From an uncultured virus (IMG/VR IMGVR_UViG_3300033463_000112) (lineage: Duplodnaviria; Heunggongvirae; Uroviricota; Caudoviricetes), in the IMG/VR virus record IMGVR_UViG_3300033463_000112: a stretch of 20,000 nucleotides of DNA. The stretch is one strand, 5' to 3'. The notes below the pieces were generated by a model. That model was not told where the DNA came from. It made no database searches and saw only the letters and a list, made by a program, of their open reading frames with translations. Position numbers and translations under genes: made by a program. Positions within the stretch are counted from its first letter, which is position 1; every line of letters begins with the position of its first letter. This document shows positions 7,544-18,600 of this stretch, one piece after another.

Positions 7544-10500
7544 ATGGCAAAGGGAACTGGAACAATCGACTCTCTGAATTTTGAGGTTTTGCTTCTGGAC
7601 GACAAGTTTAAAAAGTCCGTGGAGGCCGACCTGAAAATAGCTCAGGACCTTAATACGAAGCTGACTAATGTTCTGAACCTGAAAAAGCGCCTGAACAGCG
7701 AAACGACCCAGCAGATTGTCAATGCCGAGAAGGTCCGTCAGGCAGAACAGAAAACGGCTCAGGAAATAGCCAAAACTGCCCTACAACAGCAAAAAGTAGC
7801 CACGGAGGTAGAACGCACCAGAAAGATTCAAGAAGGGCATACAGGGGCCGTAAAAAGCACCAATGCGGCACTCGGTAACACACAGGCAATCTTGCGCACG
7901 CTGAGCCAGCTTACCGGCGTAACATTCTCCGTTACCGGCCTTCGCCGTTTCCTTGCCCAGCTTATTGAAATAACGGGCCAGTTTGAGGTTCAGCGCATGG
8001 CGCTCCGGAATATGCTTCAGGACGTGGACGGCGCGGACAAAATCTTTGAGGACCTGTACCGCTTTAGCTCTGATTCGACTTATCGTTTCTCTGAGCTCGC
8101 CAAGTACGCAAAACAGCTTGCCGCTTTCAATATCGGCAAAGACTCCTTGCTGGAAACTACCAAGATGCTCGGCGACGTTGCCTCCGGCGTAGGTGTTTCT
8201 ATGGACCGCGTTATTCTGGCCTACGGTCACGTGAAATCCTCTGGATTCCTTCGTGGTATTCAGCTTCGTTCCTTCTCCCAGAACGGTATCCCGGTGCTGG
8301 AGGAACTGGCAAAGCAATTCTCCGAAATCGAAAAGCGCACCGTTTCTTTGGGTGAGATTTTCGACAAGATGATGAAGCGCGAAATCCCCTTTGAAATGGT
8401 GGAGGAAGCGTTTAAACGCATGACCTCCGAGGGTGGTAAGTTCTACCAGATGCAGGAGGTTCTGGCTAAGACGCTGGCGGGTCAGATTAACATTCTGAAA
8501 GGCCGTTGGGAAAATATGCTCGCGGCTATCGGTCAGGCTAATTCCGGTATCCTGAAAGGCACGGTAAGCTCCATAAGCAGCTTGCTTGTGCACTACGACG
8601 AACTCGGAAAGAAAATCGTCGAAATCGTTTCTCTGTACGGCGCGTATAGGGCGGCTATCTATGCTGCCGAACTGGCCGCTAAGGGCTATACCGCCGCAGA
8701 AATAGCCGAAGTTACCGTCATGGAGGTTAAAAACAAGCTGATGCTTAAAAACCCCTATGCGCTCCTTGCGGCCGCTATCATCACCGTTACCGCCGCCGTC
8801 TGGAAGATGATTGACGGCATGAAGGAGGCAACGGCTATGCAGGAAACAATGGCTAAGGAACAAAGTAAGTACACTACTGACCTTACCAAGAGCGTTTCCG
8901 AGCTTGACCTGCTGTACGGCAAACTGAAACTGGCCGCTAAGGGCACGAGCGAGTACGATACGGCCGTTCGTTCGATTCAGTCCAGATACGGCGAGTACAT
9001 TACCCAGCTTCAGAACGAAGGTGTTGCCGTATCCGACCTTGCGGCAATCTACGACCAACTTCGCCAGAAGGTTGAGGACGCGGCTAAAGCAAGATTCATA
9101 GCGTCGGCCCGTCATTCTCTGGAGCAGACTTACAGCGAGCAGATAGGTGAAATCTTCGATAAAAACGGAAGATTCTCTATGGTGCGCGTTGTAAATCAGC
9201 TTGATTTGGACGCTAAGGAGGCCGGGTTCCTGAAAATGATGATTGCCGGTGTTACCTCTGAGGAAAACCTCCGTAAGCTCGAAGAGGCCACGTCGCTATT
9301 TGAGAAAATCGACAAGGGCTTTATCAGCTATGGCGCTGGTGATACCGGCCCCGTAAAGGCAGCAAAATACATTGAAAATCTCAGGCTCCGTGTGGCTGAA
9401 CTTAACCGGGAGTTCAATGATAGCAACGATATTATTGAAACCTTTGTTAACGCGCTCACTAAGACCGACGACAACGGCGGCGGGAACCCAGATACGAACG
9501 GTGTAACCATTCGTCTTTCGAGCATAATTGCCGGTATCAGAAAAACGGAAAAGGATATTGCCCGTCTGGAGAAAAAGGCGGCCACCGTGGGGCTCTATAT
9601 CGGCAAAGATAAGAACGGCAACGAGATTAACGAAAAGCAGGAGCTTGCGAACCTTCGTGCCGCCCGGGAAGAGGACATTAAAGCCTATGAGGAAATCATG
9701 GGTAAGGGCTCTTTCAAAAAGTACGAAAAGAGCCGTGCCGACGCTGACAAGGAGGCCATTCAGGCGCTCAAAACTCAGTGTACCCTTCTCGAAAAGTATA
9801 AGGACGCTTACGACAAGCTGGAGCCGATTATGGGCCGGGACGCTACTATTGGCTTCCTGTCTAAAATGTTCAAGCAGGACGAGTCCACTTTCGCAAATCT
9901 TGACAAAGATATAGCGGACGTGGTGGAGAGCCTCCGGGCGCTTGGCGAACAGGGTAACGAGGCCGCAGACGCTATCGAGGCTCGGCTCGGGACCGACGCT
10001 GTTTCCAAACTTGTTGCGCTTGACAAGGCGGCAAAGAAGGCCGAACAGGACTTTGCAAACGCAGAGGCGAAACTCAATGAATACCTGACTAAAGATTTCG
10101 GCATTGAGGGCGAGCGTGTTGCGGCAAAAATCAGTAAGGCTCTTGCGGACCTTAAGACAAAGAACGCTGGTGTAGATGCGCACTATGGGGAGCTTGTTAA
10201 GACCCTTGAAAAAGAGCGCCAAAAAGTTGTTGACGACTATATCAAGAGCGGCCACTCGGCAGAAGAAGCAGATGCTTATTGGGACGAATATAAAACCAGA
10301 ATGACCGATGCGCTCAAAGCTCAGGCGGCAAAGGAAAAGGCCCAAAACGCCGCCGTGATGAAAGAGCGCGTCCGTGGAATGGCAAAAGCCCTATTTGACG
10401 AGCAAATGGAGGGTTTTGACCTCTCTAACTGGACCGACAAGACGCTTTCGCAGATTCAAGACATTAAGGACGCAATGGAACACGTTACGCTCCCTGATGA

Positions 10501-12034
10501 TTTGAGAAAAGCGCTCGGCGACAATCTGGAGCTTGCCGGTATGCTTTATATGGAGCTCAAAAAGATTGCCGGAGAGAACCTTACCAACACGGTTGTTCCA
10601 GAAATGAAAAAGTCGTGGGCGAGCACGGCTCAGAATGTGGCAAAGTACATTGGAAAGGCCGCAGAATCTATGCGGCAACTTGCCGAAGCAACGGGCGATT
10701 CCGCGCTCAGCGATGCGTCAAAGGCCGCTTCTGCGATTTCTGAAAACCTTTCTGCGGCCGCAGCTGGTTTTCAGGTTGGCGGCGCGTGGGGTGCTGTGAT
10801 TGCCGGTGTTTTAGACGCTATTGTGCAGATAGTAAATGGCATATCTCAGGCAGAGGCAGAGGCTATGCAGATGCGTAACACGATACGCGAAATACGCTAT
10901 GAAATGGCCGAAGCACGCTGGAGTGATAGCCTTTCTGCCGGTGATAACGGCATTTTCGGTGAGAACTTTATCGAAAACGTAAGGGCCGCCACAAAGGCAA
11001 TAGACGAGTCGAAAAATGACCTAAAGTCGGCAAACGCCTATATGGAAGTTTACCACCGTTACGTGCGCTTTAATGCCCCGTTTAATATTTGGGGACTTCT
11101 TGACAAAGAAAAGGGTCATGCGGTAATTAAGACCGACCATAGTTTCTGGAACGGCGATACGTGGACCAAGCTCGAAGATATTGCCAAAAACCTGAACATG
11201 GAACTTTACCAAGAGGGCGGGTATTTGAACCCTACGTTTTTGGAAAAGGTTATCGAGCTTTATGGCGACGCAAACGAACAGGCGCTTGACTGGCTTCTGA
11301 AAGAAAAGGAGGCCGCGAAAGAATATAATGCCGCAATAGAAACAATCCATAACTCCACGAAGGAACTTTTTGATTCGCTTTCGTCTGATATGACGGACCA
11401 GTTCATTGAGAACTTTAAGGAAATGGGGAACGCCGTTGACGACCTCGGAGATGTGTTTGAAAACCTCGGCGAAACAATCCTTCGTTCGTTGCTCCAGTCC
11501 TACATTCTTGATAAAGTGCTCAATCAGTACGAGGACGAGGCTAACTCTATGCTTGCCGCCTATGCGGCTGGCGAAATGTCGGAAGATGATTATGCTAAGT
11601 GGCTGAAGCAGTTTACAGAAAACGTGCAAAGGGATAGCGAAAACCAGTCTGCCGCTATCAACGGTCTGATTAACGCCTTTGCAAGTCGCGGGCTGATTAT
11701 TAACGACGAAGAGGACGAAAACGAGTCGAATGACAAAAATTCGCTCGGCGCTGGCATCAAGTCGATTACCGAGGAAACGGCCTCCTTGCTGGCCTCCTAT
11801 ATCAACGCCATGCGTGCGGACATTAGCTTTATGCGGACGCTTCAGGAGGCCGGGTGGGCCAATATCGAACAGCTTACCGGCGTTCTGATTCCTTCGCTTG
11901 CCGACTACGCAGAGCAGATAGCCGCGAACACCTACAACGCCTCTCAGGACACGGCCGCTATCCTGACTGAGCTCCGGAGCGTAATCGGACCTGCGGGCCA
12001 GTCCGGCGACGTTCTCAGGGTCGAAACGGTGTAA
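7544..12034 (+). CDS. Tail tape measure protein
   Basis: 1496 aa, helical and Ala/Lys/Glu-rich. N-terminal tape-measure domain (FEVQRMALRNML...LGDVASG...LAYGHVKSSGFLRGIQLRSFSQNGIP), hydrophobic segments NPYALLAAAIITVTAAVW and GGAWGAVIAGVLDAIV, C-terminal GIKSITEETASLLASYINAMR. Confidence 0.95.
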   Translation: MAKGTGTIDSLNFEVLLLDDKFKKSVEADLKIAQDLNTKLTNVLNLKKRLNSETTQQIVNAEKVRQAEQKTAQEIAKTALQQQKVATEVERTRKIQEGHTGAVKSTNAALGNTQAILRTLSQLTGVTFSVTGLRRFLAQLIEITGQFEVQRMALRNMLQDVDGADKIFEDLYRFSSDSTYRFSELAKYAKQLAAFNIGKDSLLETTKMLGDVASGVGVSMDRVILAYGHVKSSGFLRGIQLRSFSQNGIPVLEELAKQFSEIEKRTVSLGEIFDKMMKREIPFEMVEEAFKRMTSEGGKFYQMQEVLAKTLAGQINILKGRWENMLAAIGQANSGILKGTVSSISSLLVHYDELGKKIVEIVSLYGAYRAAIYAAELAAKGYTAAEIAEVTVMEVKNKLMLKNPYALLAAAIITVTAAVWKMIDGMKEATAMQETMAKEQSKYTTDLTKSVSELDLLYGKLKLAAKGTSEYDTAVRSIQSRYGEYITQLQNEGVAVSDLAAIYDQLRQKVEDAAKARFIASARHSLEQTYSEQIGEIFDKNGRFSMVRVVNQLDLDAKEAGFLKMMIAGVTSEENLRKLEEATSLFEKIDKGFISYGAGDTGPVKAAKYIENLRLRVAELNREFNDSNDIIETFVNALTKTDDNGGGNPDTNGVTIRLSSIIAGIRKTEKDIARLEKKAATVGLYIGKDKNGNEINEKQELANLRAAREEDIKAYEEIMGKGSFKKYEKSRADADKEAIQALKTQCTLLEKYKDAYDKLEPIMGRDATIGFLSKMFKQDESTFANLDKDIADVVESLRALGEQGNEAADAIEARLGTDAVSKLVALDKAAKKAEQDFANAEAKLNEYLTKDFGIEGERVAAKISKALADLKTKNAGVDAHYGELVKTLEKERQKVVDDYIKSGHSAEEADAYWDEYKTRMTDALKAQAAKEKAQNAAVMKERVRGMAKALFDEQMEGFDLSNWTDKTLSQIQDIKDAMEHVTLPDDLRKALGDNLELAGMLYMELKKIAGENLTNTVVPEMKKSWASTAQNVAKYIGKAAESMRQLAEATGDSALSDASKAASAISENLSAAAAGFQVGGAWGAVIAGVLDAIVQIVNGISQAEAEAMQMRNTIREIRYEMAEARWSDSLSAGDNGIFGENFIENVRAATKAIDESKNDLKSANAYMEVYHRYVRFNAPFNIWGLLDKEKGHAVIKTDHSFWNGDTWTKLEDIAKNLNMELYQEGGYLNPTFLEKVIELYGDANEQALDWLLKEKEAAKEYNAAIETIHNSTKELFDSLSSDMTDQFIENFKEMGNAVDDLGDVFENLGETILRSLLQSYILDKVLNQYEDEANSMLAAYAAGEMSEDDYAKWLKQFTENVQRDSENQSAAINGLINAFASRGLIINDEEDENESNDKNSLGAGIKSITEETASLLASYINAMRADISFMRTLQEAGWANIEQLTGVLIPSLADYAEQIAANTYNASQDTAAILTELRSVIGPAGQSGDVLRVETV

Positions 12035-12041
12035 AACGACT

Positions 12042-12084
12042 GGCCCTTTTAAGTTGCTGATATTCAGCGCTTACAAGGGCCTTT
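12042..12084 (+). terminator. Long hairpin after tape measure gene (probable terminator/pause)
   Basis: GGCCCTTTTAAGTTGCTGA-TAT-TCAGCGCTTACAAGGGCC: about 17 bp with one mismatch and one bulge, followed by only TTT. Confidence 0.55.
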
Positions 12085-12087
12085 CAA

Positions 12088-12140
12088 TCAATACAAATCA
12101 ATACTTTTTGGCCCTTATAGGGCCAAATTGCTTAAAATTG
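12088..12140 (+). promoter_or_regulatory. Internal promoter for tail-tip genes, same architecture as the 1254-1327 promoters
   Basis: TCAATACAAATCAATA at 12088-12103 is identical to 1274-1289. TAAAATTG (one mismatch to TAnnTTTG) is at 12133-12140, again 29 nt downstream. ATG follows at 12148. Confidence 0.8.
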
Positions 12141-12147
12141 TGACGCT

Positions 12148-12660
12148 ATGTTGTACGTTCCTCCCATATTCGACTACAAGCCGTTCTACGTTCAGTTCAG
12201 AGTCGGCAATGCTATTGATATACTCGATACTTACAAAGTTGTCGTCAAGGCGCACGACTACCCATCGGCACTCAAAGTCAAAGAGCCCTACAAAAACCAG
12301 TGGAAAGACCAGCACGGGGACGAGGAATATATCGACCCGCTCGGCCTGAAATACGAGGCGTTCACGTTCAAGCTGGAATGTGCCATGTTTGCCCGTGGCA
12401 ACGACGCTATCAGCGAGCTTAAGACGGGGCTCAGGGCTTTCCAGAACGCGCTCGCTCAGGGTTTTTTTCGCACCTACGACGCTTACACCGGATTCGGGTT
12501 CAAGGACGTTCGGCTGTCTGAGTTCCCAGCCCCTGCGGAGGACGCTTACGACCAGTACGGCCAGTACACCAGACTGATTTTCTCTGTTACGCTGAAAGTC
12601 AACGACCCGGCAACAAGCATGAAGTATAATCAGTCGCTTAACTATATCGTGGAGGGCTAA
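12148..12660 (+). CDS. Distal tail (Dit-like) protein (putative)
   Basis: 170 aa between the tape measure and the large tail-tip gene; motifs KEPYKNQWKDQHGDEEY and FSVTLKVNDP. Assignment by synteny and size. Confidence 0.65.
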   Translation: MLYVPPIFDYKPFYVQFRVGNAIDILDTYKVVVKAHDYPSALKVKEPYKNQWKDQHGDEEYIDPLGLKYEAFTFKLECAMFARGNDAISELKTGLRAFQNALAQGFFRTYDAYTGFGFKDVRLSEFPAPAEDAYDQYGQYTRLIFSVTLKVNDPATSMKYNQSLNYIVEG

Positions 12661-12664
12661 GCGT

Positions 12665-15600
12665 ATGAGATTCGACATTATCCAGAATAACGCGCCAATA
12701 GCGAACGGAGCGCCTTCTTTCACCGGGACTTACCTTAAACCCGGTGTTTTGACTTTCAGGGAGATTGCTTCGCCGTTCCCGATTCAGTGGAAGATTGGCG
12801 ACTACGTGGACTACCCCCGTACCGGGCTCCGGTACTATCTTTACAATATCCCGCAAGTCAAGAAACAGGCAGGTTACAAGACTTACGGGGGCGCATACTT
12901 GTATCAGAACGTACAACTGCACGATGCGTCCTATGAGCTTGAAATCTGCCCGTTCCGGGATTTGGTGCACAATGACAATCTGGTGCATTTTTCTACCCAA
13001 AGCGCCATTTCCGTTTTCGACGACGTGGCCGGTATAGCGGAGCGTATTCAGGCGTGCCTCGATTCGTTCCACCCGGGCGCGTGGAAGATTCAGCTTGCGA
13101 CGGCCGAAATGGGCGCTCCGACTGAGCTTCTGGCCCTGATGCAAGAGGAAAGGGAATTTTCCGTTTCCGGCGTTTCTTTGCTCGGTGTTCTGGATAAGGT
13201 CTATGAGATTTGGCCGGAGGTGGGTTGGGTCTATTCGTTTGAGAACGGGCTTAACACTATCACGATTGGCGGCGCGGGCCTTAACGGCGCGGGCGACCAG
13301 TACGAATACGGCAAAGGAAAGGGCCTTGTTTCCCTGACTAAGACGGCGGCCAACACCGAGGAAATCGCTAACCGCCTGTACGTGTACGGTTCCCAGCGCA
13401 ATATGCTGGCGAATTGGTATAACACTCAGGAAATCTACGGCGCGGAGTCCGTCGATATTCAAAACCTGATGCTTCCTTCCGACCCCGTTACCGGCGAGGC
13501 TGTCAAGTACGTTTACGACGGAAAGATATACACGTATTCCGGCAAGATTTACACGTTTGCTGGCCCTACAAGCAACTATAACGGTTGGGGCCGGACTGAG
13601 GGACTCCCGGACCCCGCAAAGGCTTATATCGAAGATTTGGCCTCTATTGCGGCTAAGGGCCTTCGGGCAAAGAGCATCTACTTTGACGGTTCCGGCGACC
13701 TGAAGGAAATCTACCCGACCCTTGAGCGCGTGACAATGGCCGAGGTTCGGGCCGCTTCGCCCGAATATGTCCCGTCGGCTATCTGGTACGATTCCGACCG
13801 CGTGGACGAGGTGCTTTCCTGTGAGAATCCTGCAGACTACGGCTTAGCCTCCGGGTCCACCGGAAAGGGCGCAGACGTTGTGGAGTACGGCACGTATAAT
13901 CACAACGGGGAATACAAGACTATCGCTGTCGGTTCTATCCTGACGACCGGGCTTTTCGAAGGCGAGTTCAACGTGGGTTCCGGTGCGGCCGAGCTTGTTA
14001 TCGAGCACCCGTCCGTTGGTATGATTGGCGGCGCTACGAACGTTCAACTCGGATTCCGGTTCTATCTGAAGCGCGGGAGCGCCGACCCGGTGCGGTTCTA
14101 CGAAACCCGTATCAATCTGACAAAGGGCGACGCGGGTTCGTATTCCACTGCGGCCGGTAGCGTTACCTGCGACGATACTCCGGTATTCCAGTCTGGCGAT
14201 AAGGTTGTAGTTCAAATGTTCCTTGACCTTTGGAACATGGGTACTGATACCAGCGCCACCGAATTGCTTACCAACTGTTCCGGTACTCTTACCTACAAGA
14301 GCAAGGTATTCCGCACAAAGACGTTCAAGCTGACTCTCAAACAGATTGGCTTTAACATTTCCGAACAGGCCGAGCTCGGTGACGGTATGACGCTGGCTAT
14401 GCGCACCGGTGATTGCGCAGGACGCGAGTTCAAGATTAAGAGCGCCACCTATGCTCAGAACACCGATACGTGGGAACTTGAAATAATCCGTTCCGAGGAC
14501 GAGTCGCTCGCTCAGTGGTTCCCGAATCTGGACTACCAGATTGCCACCGGCGACCACTTTGTATTGCTGGATATAGCAATGCCAGAAATGTATATCAAGA
14601 TTGCCGAAAAGCGCCTGCTCGCCGCCGGACAGGAAGTACTGGCCGACATGGCGAAAGAGCAGTGGCAATACGTTCCCGACATTGACGCTAAGTTTATGGT
14701 TGAAACCGGTAGGATTATCCTCCCGGCTCAGAACATAACCCTTTGCGACGATATAACCCCGAACGGCTCCCCGGTTAAGATTCTGGTTGATTCCGTCACT
14801 ATCAACGAAAGTGACGCGGCTATTCCGACCTACAAAGTGACGCTGAGGGACAAAAAGAAAAAGTCCTATTCCGACAAGGCCAGCGTTACCCAGATTTCCT
14901 CCCGTCCGGTTGAGGAAACGCCCGCTCAGGCCGAAACCCAGACCTCCGGCGGTTCGTCTGGAGGCGGTTCCGGCGACGGCCACACCCACAACAACAAGGA
15001 GGTGCTTGACAAGCTCGGCCTTAATGGCCTTTATTTGCTTGCTGACGGCTCGAAAATACAGGCGGGGTACTCTGATACCGCCGGGGACGCTACGCACGCC
15101 ACAAACGCCGATGAAGCCTTAGATGCGGCACACGCCGACGCGGCCGACGAAGCGCTCCATGCAGACGACGCAGACCACGCGGACGATGCGGACCACGCCG
15201 ACCTTGCAGACCAAGCTACGCTGGCCGACTACGCCACTGACTCCGACAAGTGGGACGGCGAGCACTTTGGCGACTACCTGAATCAGCCTGTGCGCACTAC
15301 CGACGACGTTCAGTTTGGCAAGGTAACGACCCCGGAGGTTAAGTCCGCAAACTTTACCACCGGCCCGCTCGGTGTTGGCTACTCGTTGAAGCAGATTCCG
15401 AACGGAAGCGCCACCCTCGAGCTTGACGAAATCACGGTGCGCAAGACCATGAAGGTCTTTGAACTCATTATACAGCAAATTCTGTATCAGGGAGGCATTG
15501 TGATTTACTCTGCCGCCGCGATTGAATGTACCCGCGTGGTGGAACTGGAAACGGGCTACAAATGCTTCTTTGACACGAAAGAGGATAACGACGGGCACGC

Positions 15601-18600
15601 TCAGGTCCCTAACCTCTTTGCCGTTGGCGACCAAGCCCGCTGCCAGAGGTTCCAGCTTGCGAACACCGTTGCGAAATACTACTGGAGGCTCGTCACGGAA
15701 GTTGGCACAGACTATATCATACTGAGTAAGGCCGATTGCGACACTGGCTCCGGAGTACCGGCCGCCGGTGATAACATTGTGCAACTCGGTAACAGGACCC
15801 AGACGGCCCGAATGAACGCTCAGGTTATCACTGTTAACGACGGAAACTCCCCGCGTACAGACTACTACAAGGGGATTAACTCCTACGACCTGACCGGCAA
15901 GCTCATTACCACCGTTGGCGTGAAAAACGGCGAGGTGGGTGTATGGACTAAGAACGGTTCGTTTGAGGGCGTTGTGACTATCGGGAGCGGTTCGTCCGGG
16001 TTGCAGAACATGGAGGAATGGACGGACCTTTCCAATTCGATTATTGCCGCCCAGACCGCCGCAGACAAAGCCCTGTCTTTGCTTGCGGACATTAACGACG
16101 ACGCTGTTCTGGACCTGAACGAAAAGAACGTTATCAGGACCGAATGGGTAACTATTAACGGCATCGAGAGCACCTCGTCCACGAGCCCCCGTGGTTCCTA
16201 TTCCACGCTGAAAGCTCAGTATGAGAAATACGCATCTTTGATTGGCCGTGCCAGCTATACCTACGACGGATATGTGTTTACCTACAACGGGCTTAAATTC
16301 ACGTACCGTTCCGTTGGCGTGGCCGGGCTTGATGCCGCGTATCTGGAGCTCAGGGAGTTCCTTGCGACACTGAACCTGAACAACCGCGAGGAAGTGTACC
16401 GTGGTTTTGACCGTACCAAGTTCTCTAACTTGCTGACGGCCTACTACGATGCCGAGCTCAAAGTATCCGACGCGATTTCTCAGGCGCTCCAGAATGAGAT
16501 TGCCATTACTAAGGCTGAGATTCTGGCCGACCTTGCGGCCTTTGAGGGTGTGATTAACAACACCGTCGAGGAAATGCAGGCCATTATCGACAACACGATT
16601 GAAACGTGGTTTGCCGCCGGTACTCCTACGACCAGTAACCTCCCTGCCTCCGCGTGGACCACGGAAGAGCTCAGGGAGCGCCACCTCGGCGACCTGTACT
16701 ACGATAACGGTAGCGCGGATTCTACGGACCCGGATTACAGCCCTACTGCTGGCTTTGCTTTCCGTTGGCAGAGGGTTGAGGTTGACGGGGCCTACGTCTA
16801 TTCGTGGAATATGCTCCCGGATAGCGCCGTTGCAGAGGCCCTTGCGAAAGCCAATCAGGCTCAGGACACCGCCGACGGCAAGCGCCGGACATTCCTTACC
16901 CAGCCGGGCCAGAACGACGAGTACGACCCCGGCGATATGTGGCTCCACGCCACGGCCGGTACTTATACCGATGAAACGCTCGTTGCAACCGTCCATAAGG
17001 ACGCTGGAACGGCTTTCAATATTGCCGACTGGAGCCGGGCCGATAAGTACACCGACGACACGGTAGCTAACGCTGCAGCCGCTGCCGCTCGGGCCGCGCA
17101 ATCCGACGCTACGCAGGCGCTTGCTGATGCGCTGGCCGCCGCCAATGCTGCTGCCGCCGCTCAGGGTGATGCGACCGCCGCGCTTAACAAGCTCTCAATT
17201 TGGGCTTCTGACGGCTATATTTCCCCGGAGGAAAAGTCCGCTCTCAGACAACAGAGGGCCGACATTGAAGCTGAGAAAATCCAGATTTGCGCCGATGCGG
17301 CCCTTTACCCAACCGTATCTGACACTGACTACGTGGCCGCATATAACGCGATTTGCGGCACTAACGGGGTCTTTGACAAGTACACGGCCGCTTCTCCTGA
17401 GAACATTCCCGTAGTGGCCGCAGAATTGGCCCTAATCGACGCATACTACGCCGAGCGAACGGATATACTGAACGATATTGCCGCCGCCGCCAAATCTAAG
17501 GCCGATGCGGCCCAGACCGCAGCCAACAACGCTCAGGCCGCCGCCGACGCGGCTCAGGCAGACGCAACTCAGGCACTCTCCGATGCAGCTGCAGCTCAGG
17601 CAACGGCTAATCAGGCCGTGCAAGACGCGGCCACGGCTCAGTCTAAGGCCGACAGCGCTTACTCGATTGCCACGGCCAACCAGACCAAGCTGAACACGTG
17701 GGCCTCCGACGGGTATATTTCCCCGAATGAGAAAACCGCCTTGAAGCAACAGCAGAAGGATATTCAGACCGAGGAGGCCGATATTCTTACTCAGGCGAGC
17801 AAGTACGGCGTATCTACTACGGCCTACGAAGCGGCGTACACCCTTGCGAACACCGCCCTTACCAAGTACACCGCCGCCTCTCCGGAGTCTATTCAGATTG
17901 ATTCGGACTATGCTAATATCGCGGCCTACTACGATGCCCGCACGACGATTCTTGCCGCCATTGCCACGGCCGCTAAGGCTTACGCACAGACGGCTACTGA
18001 ATTGGCCGAGTACGCCTGTGCTGCCATTAAGGATATTAACGACGACACTGTGCTCGATATATCCGAAAAGGCATCTATCCGCACGCTCTGGATTTCGATT
18101 AACGGCGACGTTGATACCGGGCGGACCGGTAGCTCCGGTACTTACTACAAGGCCAAGCAGATGCTCGCCGACGCGGCCGCTTCTGATGCGCCCCAGCTTG
18201 CCTACGTGTTTAACGACAAGATTTACACGTTTAACGGGAAGATTTACACGTACAACTCCGTTGGCGAGGCCGAGCTTGACGCGGCATATCTGGCCCTGCG
18301 CGAATATCTGGCCTCCGTCCAGCTTAACGTTAACGAGCCGTTTAGCGGGTTCTCGCGGTCGATTTACTCCGCCCGGGTGCGTGACTACAACGTAGCTCTG
18401 AATAACGTATTTAAGGTGCTTTCTGACGTGGCTCAGGCCACTGCAGACGAGGCGTTGGCTAAGTCTAATGCGGTCGAGTACCTGAAAAATGCGCTTGCGG
18501 CCGATAACACGGTGATTTCTGGCGGCATGGTCCTGTCCTCGTTCATTGGCGTTAAGGACGGCAATAACGTTAAGGCTGGTATTAACGCTTCCGGTAACAT

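Noticed and set aside
12050..12073. TAAGTTGCTGATATTCAGCGCTTA as an IHF-like or recombination site
   Set aside because: Only a loose match, single copy, and adequately explained as the inner stem of the hairpin after the tape measure gene.
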